From: Schmidtea nova
Lineage: Eukaryota
Assembly: GCA_044892505.1 (NCBI GenBank)
Contig: CM097883.1
Span: 351,912,001 to 351,976,000, forward strand
Length of the DNA: 64,000 nt
Reading direction: 5' to 3'
Shown here: positions 35,747 through 49,548 of the stretch, piece after piece
Numbering within the stretch: position 1 is the first letter of the stretch
How the letters are laid out: each line of letters begins with the position of its first letter
Notes under the pieces: generated by a model
Told to the model about the DNA's origin: nothing
Seen by the model: only the letters and a program-made list of their open reading frames with translations
Databases searched by the model: none
Position numbers and translations under genes: made by a program

Positions 35747-36508
35747 GATGACATTTTCCATCTTCACAAACAACAAAAGATAACCATCCGTCACTAGACA
35801 ACACGACAGACTGATTCCGATGCAAAATGAGAATAAAATGCAAAGATTTTCACAAATTCTAATGAAGAGTAAAATCCTCAAAATGTCAAATACTGTACTT
35901 CTGACTTAATGTATGTCAAAACATGGCTTGCTCGAGTAGAGTCTGGAGCTTTAGATGGCAGATGGACATACAAAGCTAAAAGATTTTAAAGTAAAAAAAT
36001 AAAAGTCTTAGAAAAATTTCAAGAAATTTTGAATTTCCTAAAGACTTTCTTTAATTTTATATAATAGTCAAATGTTAAAACTGCACAATAATTACAAATA
36101 TTTATACAATGATGGTAAGAGACTTAAATTCTCTAGACGTTGATACATATTTTTGTTATTACTAGTAAATATACTAAAGATATTTACAGATCAAACTTTT
36201 AAAAATAAAAAGATATTTGGTGAATATTACATTTTAATCTAATAGCAATAATTTATACTCTTTTGAAATAAGCAAAAATATTTCTGAAAAATGATATTTA
36301 TATCAATGTATTTACAAATAAAAAATATAAAAACATTATTATTATTATTTATATTTATATTTTCTTTTATTGTCTTATCTTTATTATCGCAATTTAAAGT
36401 TTAATATGTTGAAAAATATATAATTCCGGATTTAAGATTTCCTTATATAAATATTTATTTTTAAATTGTTCTAATATAAATAATTATTTATCATAAAACT
36501 ATACCCTA

Positions 36509-36805
36509 ATGTGTGAAAAAAAGCCAAGTAACCTCTATAAAAGTTCGACAATCATTGAAGCACAAAGAAAAGCTCTTGAAATATTGAATTCTAAATCAAC
36601 TTCTAAAGAAATAGTATTCAGAGATTCAGAAGGCCAATCTACAAGCCTTGATGCTTATATATTGGAAGCATCTGCAACAACCGGACAAACCAGTGAAGCG
36701 TATAGAGAGAATATGTTTTTGTTCTTCACTATATTTTCAGATACGCAAAGAAGAATGGAAAAACCTAATGAAAATATATTAAAACTATCAAATGACAATA
36801 ACTAA
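36509..36805 (+). CDS. Hypothetical 98-aa ORF, copy 35
   Basis: ORF track; repeat copy. Confidence 0.45.
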   Translation: MCEKKPSNLYKSSTIIEAQRKALEILNSKSTSKEIVFRDSEGQSTSLDAYILEASATTGQTSEAYRENMFLFFTIFSDTQRRMEKPNENILKLSNDNN

Positions 36806-37570
36806 GATGACATTTTCCATCTTCACAAACAACAAAAGATAACCATCCGTCACTAGACAACACGACAGACTGATTCCGATGCAAAATGAGAATAAAATGC
36901 AAAGATTTTCACAAATTCTAATGAAGAGTAAAATCCTCAAAATGTCAAATACTGTACTTCTGACTTAATGTATGTCAAAACATGGCTTGCTCGAGTAGAG
37001 TCTGGAGCTTTAGATGGCAGATGGACATACAAAGCTAAAAGATTTTAAAGTAAAAAAATAAAAGTCTTAGAAAAATTTCAAGAAATTTTGAATTTCCTAA
37101 AGACTTTCTTTAATTTTATATAATAGTCAAATGTTAAAACTGCACAATAATTACAAATATTTATACAATGATGGTAAGAGACTTAAATTCTCTAGACGTT
37201 GATACATATTTTTGTTATTACTAGTAAATATACTAAAGATATTTACAGATCAAACTTTTAAAAATAAAAAGATATTTGGTGAATATTACATTTTAATCTA
37301 ATAGCAATAATTTATACTCTTTTGAAATAAGCAAAAATATTTCTGAAAAATGATATTTATATCAATGTATTTACAAATAAAAAATATAAAAACATTATTA
37401 TTATTATTATTTATATTTATATTTTCTTTTATTGTCTTATCATTATTATCGCAATTTAAAGTTTAATATGTTGAAAAATATATAATTCCGGATTTAAGAT
37501 TTCCTTATATAAATATTTATTTTTAAATTGTTCTAATATAAATAATTATTTATCATAAAACTATAAACTA

Positions 37571-37867
37571 ATGTGTGAAAAAAAGCCAAGTAACCTCTAT
37601 AAAAGTTCGACAATCATTGAAGCACAAAGAAAAGCTCTTGAAATATTGAATTCTAAATCAACTTCTAAAGAAATAGTATTCAGAGATACAGAAGGCCAAT
37701 CTACAAGCCTTGATGCTTATATATTGGAAGCATCTGCAACAACCGGACAAACCAGTGAAGCGTATAGAGAGAATATGTTTTTGTTCTTCACTATATTTTC
37801 AGATACGCAAAGAAGAATGGAAAAACCTAATGAAAATATATTAAAACTATCAAATGACAATAACTAA
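37571..37867 (+). CDS. Hypothetical 98-aa ORF, copy 36 (S40T)
   Basis: ORF track; repeat copy. Confidence 0.45.
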   Translation: MCEKKPSNLYKSSTIIEAQRKALEILNSKSTSKEIVFRDTEGQSTSLDAYILEASATTGQTSEAYRENMFLFFTIFSDTQRRMEKPNENILKLSNDNN

Positions 37868-38632
37868 GATGACATTTTCCATCTTCACAAACAACAAAAG
37901 ATAACCATCCGTCACTAGACAACACGACAGACTGATTCCGATGCAAAATGAGAATAAAATGCAAAGATTTTCACAAATTCTAATGAAGAGTAAAATCCTC
38001 AAAATGTCAAATACTGTACTTCTGACTTAATGTATGTCAAAACATGGCTTGCTCGAGTAGAGTCTGGAGCTTTAGATGGCAGATGGACATACAAAGCTAA
38101 AAGATTTTAAAGTAAAAAAATAAAAGTCTTAGAAAAATTTCAAGAAATTTTGAATTTCCTAAAGACTTTCTTTAATTTTATATAATAGTCAAATGTTAAA
38201 ACTGCACAATAATTACAAATATTTATACAATGATGGTAAGAGACTTAAATTCTCTAGACGTTGATACATATTTTTGTTATTACTAGTAAATATACTAAAG
38301 ATATTTACAGATCAAACTTTTAAAAATAAAAAGATATTTGGTGAATATTACATTTTAATCTAATAGCAATAATTTATACTCTTTTGAAATAAGCAAAAAT
38401 ATTTCTGAAAAATGATATTTATATCAATGTATTTACAAATAAAAAATATAAAAACATTATTATTATTATTATTTATATTTATATTTTCTTTTATTGTCTT
38501 ATCATTATTATCGCAATTTAAAGTTTAATATGTTGAAAAATATATAATTCCGGATTTAAGATTTCCTTATATAAATATTTATTTTTAAATTGTTCTAATA
38601 TAAATAATTATTTATCATAAAACTATAAACTA

Positions 38633-38929
38633 ATGTGTGAAAAAAAGCCAAGTAACCTCTATAAAAGTTCGACAATCATTGAAGCACAAAGAAAAGCTCT
38701 TGAAATATTGAATTCTAAATCAACTTCTAAAGAAATAGTATTCAGAGATTCAGAAGGCCAATCTACAAGCCTTGATGCTTATATATTGGAAGCATCTGCA
38801 ACAACCGGACAAACCAGTGAAGCGTATAGAGAGAATATGTTTTTGTTCTTCACTATATTTTCAGATACGCAAAGAAGAATGGAAAAACCTAATGAAAATA
38901 TATTAAAACTATCAAATGACAATAACTAA
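38633..38929 (+). CDS. Hypothetical 98-aa ORF, copy 37
   Basis: ORF track; repeat copy. Confidence 0.45.
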   Translation: MCEKKPSNLYKSSTIIEAQRKALEILNSKSTSKEIVFRDSEGQSTSLDAYILEASATTGQTSEAYRENMFLFFTIFSDTQRRMEKPNENILKLSNDNN

Positions 38930-39692
38930 GATGACATTTTCCATCTTCACAAACAACAAAAGATAACCATCCGTCACTAGACAACACGACAGACTGATTC
39001 CGATGCAAAATGAGAATAAAATGCAAAGATTTTCACAAATTCTAATGAAGAGTAAAATCCTCAAAATGTCAAATACTGTACTTCTGACTTAATGTATGTC
39101 AAAACATGGCTTGCTCGAGTAGAGTCTGGAGCTTTAGATGGCAGATGGACATACAAAGCTAAAAGATTTTAAAGTAAAAAAATATAAAGTCTTAGAAAAA
39201 TTTCAAGAAATTTTGAATTTCCTAAAGACTTTCTTTAATTTTATATAATAGTCAAATGTTAAAACTGCACAATAATTACAAATATTTATACAATGATGGT
39301 AAGAGACTTAAATTCTCTAGACGTTGATACATATTTTTGTTATTACTAGTAAATATACTAAAGATATTTACAGATCAAACTTTTAAAAATAAAAAGATAT
39401 TTGGTGAATATTACATTTTAATCTAATAGCAATAATTTATACTCTTTTGAAATAAGCAAAAATATTTCTGAAAAATGATATTTATATCAATGTATTTACA
39501 AATAAAAAATATAAAAACATTATTATTATTATTTATATTTATATTTTCTTTTATTGTCTTATCTTTATTATCGCAATTTAAAGTTTAATATGTTGAAAAA
39601 TATATAATTCCGGATTTAAGATTTCCTTATATAAATATTTATTTTTAAATTGTTCTAATATAAATAATTATTTATCATAAAACTATACCCTA

Positions 39693-39989
39693 ATGTGTGA
39701 AAAAAAGCCAAGTAACCTCTATAAAAGTTCGACAATCATTGAAGCACAAAGAAAAGCTCTTGAAATATTGAATTCTAAATCAACTTCTAAAGAAATAGTA
39801 TTCAGAGATTCAGAAGGCCAATCTACAAGCCTTGATGCTTATATATTGGAAGCATCTGCAACAACCGGACAAACCAGTGAAGCGTATAGAGAGAATATGT
39901 TTTTGTTCTTCACTATATTTTCAGATACGCAAAGAAGAATGGAAAAACCTAATGAAAATATATTAAAACTATCAAATGACAATAACTAA
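39693..39989 (+). CDS. Hypothetical 98-aa ORF, copy 38
   Basis: ORF track; repeat copy. Confidence 0.45.
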   Translation: MCEKKPSNLYKSSTIIEAQRKALEILNSKSTSKEIVFRDSEGQSTSLDAYILEASATTGQTSEAYRENMFLFFTIFSDTQRRMEKPNENILKLSNDNN

Positions 39990-40757
39990 GATGACATTTT
40001 CCATCTTCACAAACAACAAAAGATAACCATCCGTCACTAGACAACACGACAGACTGATTCCGATGCAAAATGAGAATAAAATGCAAAGATTTTCACAAAT
40101 TCTAATGAAGAGTAAAATCCTCAAAATGTCAAATACTGTACTTCTGACTTAATGTATGTCAAAACATGGCTTGCTCGAGTAGAGTCTGGAGCTTTAGATG
40201 GCAGATGGACATACAAAGCTAAAAGATTTTAAAGTAAAAAAATAAAAGTCTTAGAAAAATTTCAAGAAATTTTGAATTTCCTAAAGACTTTCTTTAATTT
40301 TATATAATAGTCAAATGTTAAAACTGCACAATAATTACAAATATTTATACAATGATGGTAAGAGACTTAAATTCTCTAGACGTTGATACATATTTTTGTT
40401 ATTACTAGTAAATATACTAAAGATATTTACAGATCAAACTTTTAAAAATAAAAAGATATTTGGTGAATATTACATTTTAATCTAATAGCAATAATTTATA
40501 CTCTTTTGAAATAAGCAAAAATATTTCTGAAAAATGATATTTATATCAATGTATTTACAAATAAAAAATATAAAAACATTATTATTATTATTATTATTTA
40601 TATTTATATTTTCTTTTATTGTCTTATCATTATTATCGCAATTTAAAGTTTAATATGTTGAAAAATATATAATTCCGGATTTAAGATTTCCTTATATAAA
40701 TATTTATTTTTAAATTGTTCTAATATAAATAATTATTTATCATAAAACTATAAACTA

Positions 40758-41054
40758 ATGTGTGAAAAAAAGCCAAGTAACCTCTATAAAAGTTCGACAA
40801 TCATTGAAGCACAAAGAAAAGCTCTTGAAATATTGAATTCTAAATCAACTTCTAAAGAAATAGTATTCAGAGATTCAGAAGGCCAATCTACAAGCCTTGA
40901 TGCTTATATATTGGAAGCATCTGCAACAACCGGACAAACCAGTGAAGCGTATAGAGAGAATATGTTTTTGTTCTTCACTATATTTTCAGATACGCAAAGA
41001 AGAATGGAAAAACTTAATGAAAATATATTAAAACTATCAAATGACAATAACTAA
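40758..41054 (+). CDS. Hypothetical 98-aa ORF, copy 39 (P86L)
   Basis: ORF track; repeat copy. Confidence 0.45.
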   Translation: MCEKKPSNLYKSSTIIEAQRKALEILNSKSTSKEIVFRDSEGQSTSLDAYILEASATTGQTSEAYRENMFLFFTIFSDTQRRMEKLNENILKLSNDNN

Positions 41055-41822
41055 GATGACATTTTCCATCTTCACAAACAACAAAAGATAACCATCCGTC
41101 ACTAGACAACACGACAGACTGATTCCGATGCAAAATGAGAATAAAATGCAAAGATTTTCACAAATTCTAATGAAGAGTAAAATCCTCAAAATGTCAAATA
41201 CTGTACTTCTGACTTAATGTATGTCAAAACATGGCTTGCTCGAGTAGAGTCTGGAGCTTTAGATGGCAGATGGACATACAAAGCTAAAAGATTTTAAAGT
41301 AAAAAAATAAAAGTCTTAGAAAAATTTCAAGAAATTTTGAATTTCCTAAAGACTTTCTTTAATTTTATATAATAGTCAAATGTTAAAACTGCACAATAAT
41401 TACAAATATTTATACAATGATGGTAAGAGACTTAAATTCTCTAGACGTTGATACATATTTTTGTTATTACTAGTAAATATACTAAAGATATTTACAGATC
41501 AAACTTTTAAAAATAAAAAGATATTTGGTGAATATTACATTTTAATCTAATAGCAATAATTTATACTCTTTTGAAATAAGCAAAAATATTTCTGAAAAAT
41601 GATATTTATATCAATGTATTTACAAATAAAAAATATAAAAACATTATTATTATTATTATTATTTATATTTATATTTTCTTTTATTGTCTTATCATTATTA
41701 TCGCAATTTAAAGTTTAATATGTTGAAAAATATATAATTCCGGATTTAAGATTTCCTTATATAAATATTTATTTTTAAATTGTTCTAATATAAATAATTA
41801 TTTATCATAAAACTATAAACTA

Positions 41823-42119
41823 ATGTGTGAAAAAAAGCCAAGTAACCTCTATAAAAGTTCGACAATCATTGAAGCACAAAGAAAAGCTCTTGAAATATTG
41901 AATTCTAAATCAACTTCTAAAGAAATAGTATTCAGAGATTCAGAAGGCCAATCTACAAGCCTTGATGCTTATATATTGGAAGCATCTGCAACAACCGGAC
42001 AAACCAGTGAAGCGTATAGAGAGAATATGTTTTTGTTCTTCACTATATTTTCAGATACGCAAAGAAGAATGGAAAAACCTAATGAAAATATATTAAAACT
42101 ATCAAATGACAATAACTAA
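41823..42119 (+). CDS. Hypothetical 98-aa ORF, copy 40
   Basis: ORF track; repeat copy. Confidence 0.45.
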   Translation: MCEKKPSNLYKSSTIIEAQRKALEILNSKSTSKEIVFRDSEGQSTSLDAYILEASATTGQTSEAYRENMFLFFTIFSDTQRRMEKPNENILKLSNDNN

Positions 42120-42884
42120 GATGACATTTTCCATCTTCACAAACAACAAAAGATAACCATCCGTCACTAGACAACACGACAGACTGATTCCGATGCAAAA
42201 TGAGAATAAAATGCAAAGATTTTCACAAATTCTAATGAAGAGTAAAATCCTCAAAATGTCAAATACTGTACTTCTGACTTAATGTATGTCAAAACATGGC
42301 TTGCTCGAGTAGAGTCTGGAGCTTTAGATGGCAGATGGACATACAAAGCTAAAAGATTTTAAAGTAAAAAAATAAAAGTCTTAGAAAAATTTCAAGAAAT
42401 TTTGAATTTCCTAAAGACTTTCTTTAATTTTATATAATAGTCAAATGTTAAAACTGCACAATAATTACAAATATTTATACAATGATGGTAAGAGACTTAA
42501 ATTCTCTAGACGTTGATACATATTTTTGTTATTACTAGTAAATATACTAAAGATATTTACAGATCAAACTTTTAAAAATAAAAAGATATTTGGTGAATAT
42601 TACATTTTAATCTAATAGCAATAATTTATACTCTTTTGAAATAAGCAAAAATATTTCTGAAAAATGATATTTATATCAATGTATTTACAAATAAAAAATA
42701 TAAAAACATTATTATTATTATTATTTATATTTATATTTTCTTTTATTGTCTTATCATTATTATCGCAATTTAAAGTTTAATATGTTGAAAAATATATAAT
42801 TCCGGATTTAAGATTTCCTTATATAAATATTTATTTTTAAATTGTTCTAATATAAATAATTATTTATCATAAAACTATAAACTA

Positions 42885-43181
42885 ATGTGTGAAAAAAAGC
42901 CAAGTAACCTCTATAAAAGTTCGACAATCATTGAAGCACAAAGAAAAGCTCTTGAAATATTGAATTCTAAATCAACTTCTAAAGAAATAGTATTCAGAGA
43001 TTCAGAAGGCCAATCTACAAGCCTTGATGCTTATATATTGGAAGCATCTGCAACAACCGGACAAACCAGTGAAGCGTATAGAGAGAATATGTTTTTGTTC
43101 TTCACTATATTTTCAGATACGCAAAGAAGAATGGAAAAACCTAATGAAAATATATTAAAACTATCAAATGACAATAACTAA
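42885..43181 (+). CDS. Hypothetical 98-aa ORF, copy 41
   Basis: ORF track; repeat copy. Confidence 0.45.
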   Translation: MCEKKPSNLYKSSTIIEAQRKALEILNSKSTSKEIVFRDSEGQSTSLDAYILEASATTGQTSEAYRENMFLFFTIFSDTQRRMEKPNENILKLSNDNN

Positions 43182-43943
43182 GATGACATTTTCCATCTTC
43201 ACAAACAACAAAAGATAACCATCCGTCACTAGACAACACGACAGACTGATTCCGATGCAAAATGAGAATAAAATGCAAAGATTTTCACAAATTCTAATGA
43301 AGAGTAAAATCCTCAAAATGTCAAATACTGTACTTCTGACTTAATGTATGTCAAAACATGGCTTGCTCGAGTAGAGTCTGGAGCTTTAGATGGCAGATGG
43401 ACATACAAAGCTAAAAGATTTTAAAGTAAAAAAATAAAAGTCTTAGAAAAATTTCAAGAAATTTTGAATTTCCTAAAGACTTTCTTTAATTTTATATAAT
43501 AGTCAAATGTTAAAACTGCACAATAATTACAAATATTTATACAATGATGGTAAGAGACTTAAATTCTCTAGACGTTGATACATATTTTTGTTATTACTAG
43601 TAAATATACTAAAGATATTTACAGATCAAACTTTTAAAAATAAAAAGATATTTGGTGAATATTACATTTTAATCTAATAGCAATAATTTATACTCTTTTG
43701 AAATAAGCAAAAATATTTCTGAAAAATGATATTTATATCAATGTATTTACAAATAAAAAATATAAAAACATTATTATTATTATTTATATTTATATTTTCG
43801 TTTATTGTCTTATCTTTATTATCGCAATTTAAAGTTTAATATGTTGAAAAATATATAATTCCGGATTTAAGATTTCCTTATATAAATATTTATTTTTAAA
43901 TTGTTCTAATATAAATAATTATTTATCATAAAACTATACCCTA

Positions 43944-44240
43944 ATGTGTGAAAAAAAGCCAAGTAACCTCTATAAAAGTTCGACAATTATTGAAGCACAA
44001 AGAAAAGCTCTTGAAATATTGAATTCTAAATCAACTTCTAAAGAAATAGTATTCAGAGATTCAGAAGGCCAATCTACAAGCCTTGATGCTTATATATTGG
44101 AAGCATCTGCAACAACCGGACAAACCAGTGAAGCGTATAGAGAGAATATGTTTTTGTTCTTCACTATATTTTCAGATACGCAAAGAAGAATGGAAAAACC
44201 TAATGAAAATATATTAAAACTATCAAATGACAATAACTAA
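43944..44240 (+). CDS. Hypothetical 98-aa ORF, copy 42
   Basis: ORF track; repeat copy. Confidence 0.45.
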   Translation: MCEKKPSNLYKSSTIIEAQRKALEILNSKSTSKEIVFRDSEGQSTSLDAYILEASATTGQTSEAYRENMFLFFTIFSDTQRRMEKPNENILKLSNDNN

Positions 44241-45008
44241 GATGACATTTTCCATCTTCACAAACAACAAAAGATAACCATCCGTCACTAGACAACACGA
44301 CAGACTGATTCCGATGCAAAATGAGAATAAAATGCAAAGATTTTCACAAATTCTAATGAAGAGTAAAATCCTCAAAATGTCAAATACTGTACTTCTGACT
44401 TAATGTATGTCAAAACATGGCTTGCTCGAGTAGAGTCTGGAGCTTTAGATGGCAGATGGACATACAAAGCTAAAAGATTTTAAAGTAAAAAAATAAAAGT
44501 CTTAGAAAAATTTCAAGAAATTTTGAATTTCCTAAAGACTTTCTTTAATTTTATATAATAGTCAAATGTTAAAACTGCACAATAATTACAAATATTTATA
44601 CAATGATGGTAAGAGACTTAAATTCTCTAGACGTTGATACATATTTTTGTTATTACTAGTAAATATACTAAAGATATTTACAGATCAAACTTTTAAAAAT
44701 AAAAAGATATTTGGTGAATATTACATTTTAATCTAATAGCAATAATTTATACTCTTTTGAAATAAGCAAAAATATTTCTGAAAAATGATATTTATATCAA
44801 TGTATTTACAAATAAAAAATATAAAAACATTATTATTATTATTATTATTTATATTTATATTTTCTTTTATTGTCTTATCATTATTATCGCAATTTAAAGT
44901 TTAATATGTTGAAAAATATATAATTCCGGATTTAAGATTTCCTTATATAAATATTTATTTTTAAATTGTTCTAATATAAATAATTATTTATCATAAAACT
45001 ATAAACTA

Positions 45009-45305
45009 ATGTGTGAAAAAAAGCCAAGTAACCTCTATAAAAGTTCGACAATCATTGAAGCACAAAGAAAAGCTCTTGAAATATTGAATTCTAAATCAAC
45101 TTCTAAAGAAATAGTATTCAGAGATTCAGAAGGCCAATCTACAAGCCTTGATGCTTATATATTGGAAGCATCTGCAACAACCGGACAAACCAGTGAAGCG
45201 TATAGAGAGAATATGTTTTTGTTCTTCACTATATTTTCAGATACGCAAAGAAGAATGGAAAAACCTAATGAAAATATATTAAAACTATCAAATGACAATA
45301 ACTAA
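45009..45305 (+). CDS. Hypothetical 98-aa ORF, copy 43
   Basis: ORF track; repeat copy. Confidence 0.45.
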   Translation: MCEKKPSNLYKSSTIIEAQRKALEILNSKSTSKEIVFRDSEGQSTSLDAYILEASATTGQTSEAYRENMFLFFTIFSDTQRRMEKPNENILKLSNDNN

Positions 45306-46070
45306 GATGACATTTTCCATCTTCACAAACAACAAAAGATAACCATCCGTCACTAGACAACACGACAGACTGATTCCGATGCAAAATGAGAATAAAATGC
45401 AAAGATTTTCACAAATTCTAATGAAGAGTAAAATCCTCAAAATGTCAAATACTGTACTTCTGACTTAATGTATGTCAAAACATGGCTTGCTCGAGTAGAG
45501 TCTGGAGCTTTAGATGGCAGATGGACATACAAAGCTAAAAGATTTTAAAGTAAAAAAATAAAAGTCTTAGAAAAATTTCAAGAAATTTTGAATTTCCTAA
45601 AGACTTTCTTTAATTTTATATAATAGTCAAATGTTAAAACTGCACAATAATTACAAATATTTATACAATGATGGTAAGAGACTTAAATTCTCTAGACGTT
45701 GATACATATTTTTGTTATTACTAGTAAATATACTAAAGATATTTACAGATCAAACTTTTAAAAATAAAAAGATATTTGGTGAATATTACATTTTAATCTA
45801 ATAGCAATAATTTATACTCTTTTGAAATAAGCAAAAATATTTCTGAAAAATGATATTTATATCAATGTATTTACAAATAAAAAATATAAAAACATTATTA
45901 TTATTATTATTTATATTTATATTTTCTTTTATTGTCTTATCATTATTATCGCAATTTAAAGTTTAATATGTTGAAAAATATATAATTCCGGATTTAAGAT
46001 TTCCTTATATAAATATTTATTTTTAAATTGTTCTAATATAAATAATTATTTATCATAAAACTATAAACTA

Positions 46071-46367
46071 ATGTGTGAAAAAAAGCCAAGTAACCTCTAT
46101 AAAAGTTCGACAATCATTGAAGCACAAAGAAAAGCTCTTGAAATATTGAATTCTAAATCAACTTCTAAAGAAATAGTATTCAGAGATTCAGAAGGCCAAT
46201 CTACAAGCCTTGATGCTTATATATTGGAAGCATCTGCAACAACCGGACAAACCAGTGAAGCGTATAGAGAGAATATGTTTTTGTTCTTCACTATATTTTC
46301 AGATACGCAAAGAAGAATGGAAAAACCTAATGAAAATATATTAAAACTATCAAATGACAATAACTAA
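46071..46367 (+). CDS. Hypothetical 98-aa ORF, copy 44
   Basis: ORF track; repeat copy. Confidence 0.45.
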   Translation: MCEKKPSNLYKSSTIIEAQRKALEILNSKSTSKEIVFRDSEGQSTSLDAYILEASATTGQTSEAYRENMFLFFTIFSDTQRRMEKPNENILKLSNDNN

Positions 46368-47129
46368 GATGACATTTTCCATCTTCACAAACAACAAAAG
46401 ATAACCATCCGTCACTAGACAACACGACAGACTGATTCCGATGCAAAATGAGAATAAAATGCAAAGATTTTCACAAATTCTAATGAAGAGTAAAATCCTC
46501 AAAATGTCAAATACTGTACTTCTGACTTAATGTATGTCAAAACATGGCTTGCTCGAGTAGAGTCTGGAGCTTTAGATGGCAGATGGACATACAAAGCTAA
46601 AAGATTTTAAAGTAAAAAAATAAAAGTCTTAGAAAAATTTCAAGAAATTTTGAATTTCCTAAAGACTTTCTTTAATTTTATATAATAGTCAAATGTTAAA
46701 ACTGCACAATAATTACAAATATTTATACAATGATGGTAAGAGACTTAAATTCTCTAGACGTTGATACATATTTTTGTTATTACTAGTAAATATACTAAAG
46801 ATATTTACAGATCAAACTTTTAAAAATAAAAAGATATTTGGTGAATATTACATTTTAATCTAATAGCAATAATTTATACTCTTTTGAAATAAGCAAAAAT
46901 ATTTCTGAAAAATGATATTTATATCAATGTATTTACAAATAAAAAATATAAAAACATTATTATTATTATTTATATTTATATTTTCGTTTATTGTCTTATC
47001 TTTATTATCGCAATTTAAAGTTTAATATGTTGAAAAATATATAATTCCGGATTTAAGATTTCCTTATATAAATATTTATTTTTAAATTGTTCTAATATAA
47101 ATAATTATTTATCATAAAACTATACCCTA

Positions 47130-47426
47130 ATGTGTGAAAAAAAGCCAAGTAACCTCTATAAAAGTTCGACAATTATTGAAGCACAAAGAAAAGCTCTTGA
47201 AATATTGAATTCTAAATCAACTTCTAAAGAAATAGTATTCAGAGATTCAGAAGGCCAATCTACAAGCCTTGATGCTTATATATTGGAAGCATCTGCAACA
47301 ACCGGACAAACCAGTGAAGCGTATAGAGAGAATATGTTTTTGTTCTTCACTATATTTTCAGATACGCAAAGAAGAATGGAAAAACCTAATGAAAATATAT
47401 TAAAACTATCAAATGACAATAACTAA
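47130..47426 (+). CDS. Hypothetical 98-aa ORF, copy 45
   Basis: ORF track; repeat copy. Confidence 0.45.
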   Translation: MCEKKPSNLYKSSTIIEAQRKALEILNSKSTSKEIVFRDSEGQSTSLDAYILEASATTGQTSEAYRENMFLFFTIFSDTQRRMEKPNENILKLSNDNN

Positions 47427-48191
47427 GATGACATTTTCCATCTTCACAAACAACAAAAGATAACCATCCGTCACTAGACAACACGACAGACTGATTCCGA
47501 TGCAAAATGAGAATAAAATGCAAAGATTTTCACAAATTCTAATGAAGAGTAAAATCCTCAAAATGTCAAATACTGTACTTCTGACTTAATGTATGTCAAA
47601 ACATGGCTTGCTCGAGTAGAGTCTGGAGCTTTAGATGGCAGATGGACATACAAAGCTAAAAGATTTTAAAGTAAAAAAATAAAAGTCTTAGAAAAATTTC
47701 AAGAAATTTTGAATTTCCTAAAGACTTTCTTTAATTTTATATAATATTCAAATGTTAAAACTGCACAATAATTACAAATATTTATACAATGATGGTAAGA
47801 GACTTAAATTCTCTAGACGTTGATACATATTTTTGTTATTACTAGTAAATATACTAAAGATATTTACAGATCAAACTTTTAAAAATAAAAAGATATTTGG
47901 TGAATATAACATTTTAATCTAATAGCAATAATTTATACTCTTTTGAAATAAGCAAAAATATTTCTGAAAAATGATATTTATATCAATGTATTTACAAATA
48001 AAAAATATAAAAACATTATTATTATTATTATTTATATTTATATTTTCTTTTATTGTCTTATCATTATTATCGCAATTTAAAGTTTAATATGTTGAAAAAT
48101 ATATAATTCCGGATTTAAGATTTCCTTATATAAATATTTATTTTTAAATTGTTCTAATATAAATAATTATTTATCATAAAACTATAAACTA

Positions 48192-48488
48192 ATGTGTGAA
48201 AAAAAGCCAAGTAACCTCTATAAAAGTTCGACAATCATTGAAGCACAAAGAAAAGCTCTTGAAATATTGAATTCTAAATCAACTTCTAAAGAAATAGTAT
48301 TCAGAGATTCAGAAGGCCAATCTACAAGCCTTGATGCTTATATATTGGAAGCATCTGCAACAACCGGACAAACCAGTGAAGCGTATAGAGAGAATATGTT
48401 TTTGTTCTTCACTATATTTTCAGATACGCAAAGAAGAATGGAAAAACCTAATGAAAATATATTAAAACTATCAAATGACAATAACTAA
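48192..48488 (+). CDS. Hypothetical 98-aa ORF, copy 46
   Basis: ORF track; repeat copy. Confidence 0.45.
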   Translation: MCEKKPSNLYKSSTIIEAQRKALEILNSKSTSKEIVFRDSEGQSTSLDAYILEASATTGQTSEAYRENMFLFFTIFSDTQRRMEKPNENILKLSNDNN

Positions 48489-49251
48489 GATGACATTTTC
48501 CATCTTCACAAGCAACAAAAGATAACCATCCGTCACTAGACAACACGACAGACTGATTCCGATGCAAAATGAGAATAAAATGCAAAGATTTTCACAAATT
48601 CTAATGAAGAGTAAAATCCTCAAAATGTCAAATACTGTACTTCTGACTTAATGTATGTCAAAACATGGCTTGCTCGAGTAGAGTCTGGAGCTTTAGATGG
48701 CAGATGGACATACAAAGCTAAAAGATTTTAAAGTAAAAAAATATAAAGTCTTAGAAAAATTTCAAGAAATTTTGAATTTCCTAAAGACTTTCTTTAATTT
48801 TATATAATAGTCAAATGTTAAAACTGCACAATAATTACAAATATTTATACAATGATGGTAAGAGACTTAAATTCTCTAGACGTTGATACATATTTTTGTT
48901 ATTACTAGTAAATATACTAAAGATATTTACAGATCAAACTTTTAAAAATAAAAAGATATTTGGTGAATATTACATTTTAATCTAATAGCAATAATTTATA
49001 CTCTTTTGAAATAAGCAAAAATATTTCTGAAAAATGATATTTATATCAATGTATTTACAAATAAAAAATATAAAAACATTATTATTATTATTTATATTTA
49101 TATTTTCTTTTATTGTCTTATCTTTATTATCGCAATTTAAAGTTTAATATGTTGAAAAATATATAATTCCGGATTTAAGATTTCCTTATATAAATATTTA
49201 TTTTTAAATTGTTCTAATATAAATAATTATTTATCATAAAACTATACCCTA

Positions 49252-49548
49252 ATGTGTGAAAAAAAGCCAAGTAACCTCTATAAAAGTTCGACAATCATTG
49301 AAGCACAAAGAAAAGCTCTTGAAATATTGAATTCTAAATCAACTTCTAAAGAAATAGTATTCAGAGATTCAGAAGGCCAATCTACAAGCCTTGATGCTTA
49401 TATATTGGAAGCATCTGCAACAACCGGACAAACCAGTGAAGCGTATAGAGAGAATATGTTTTTGTTCTTCACTATATTTTCAGATACGCAAAGAAGAATG
49501 GAAAAACCTAATGAAAATATATTAAAACTATCAAATGACAATAACTAA
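49252..49548 (+). CDS. Hypothetical 98-aa ORF, copy 47
   Basis: ORF track; repeat copy. Confidence 0.45.
   Translation: MCEKKPSNLYKSSTIIEAQRKALEILNSKSTSKEIVFRDSEGQSTSLDAYILEASATTGQTSEAYRENMFLFFTIFSDTQRRMEKPNENILKLSNDNN

Larger units (their letters stand above)
41015..47746 (+). repeat. Higher-order 3-unit duplication, period 3186 bp
   Basis: Rare variants at 43800/46986 and 43988/47174; (ATT)7 units at ORFs 41823/45009; all offsets 3186. Confidence 0.85.
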
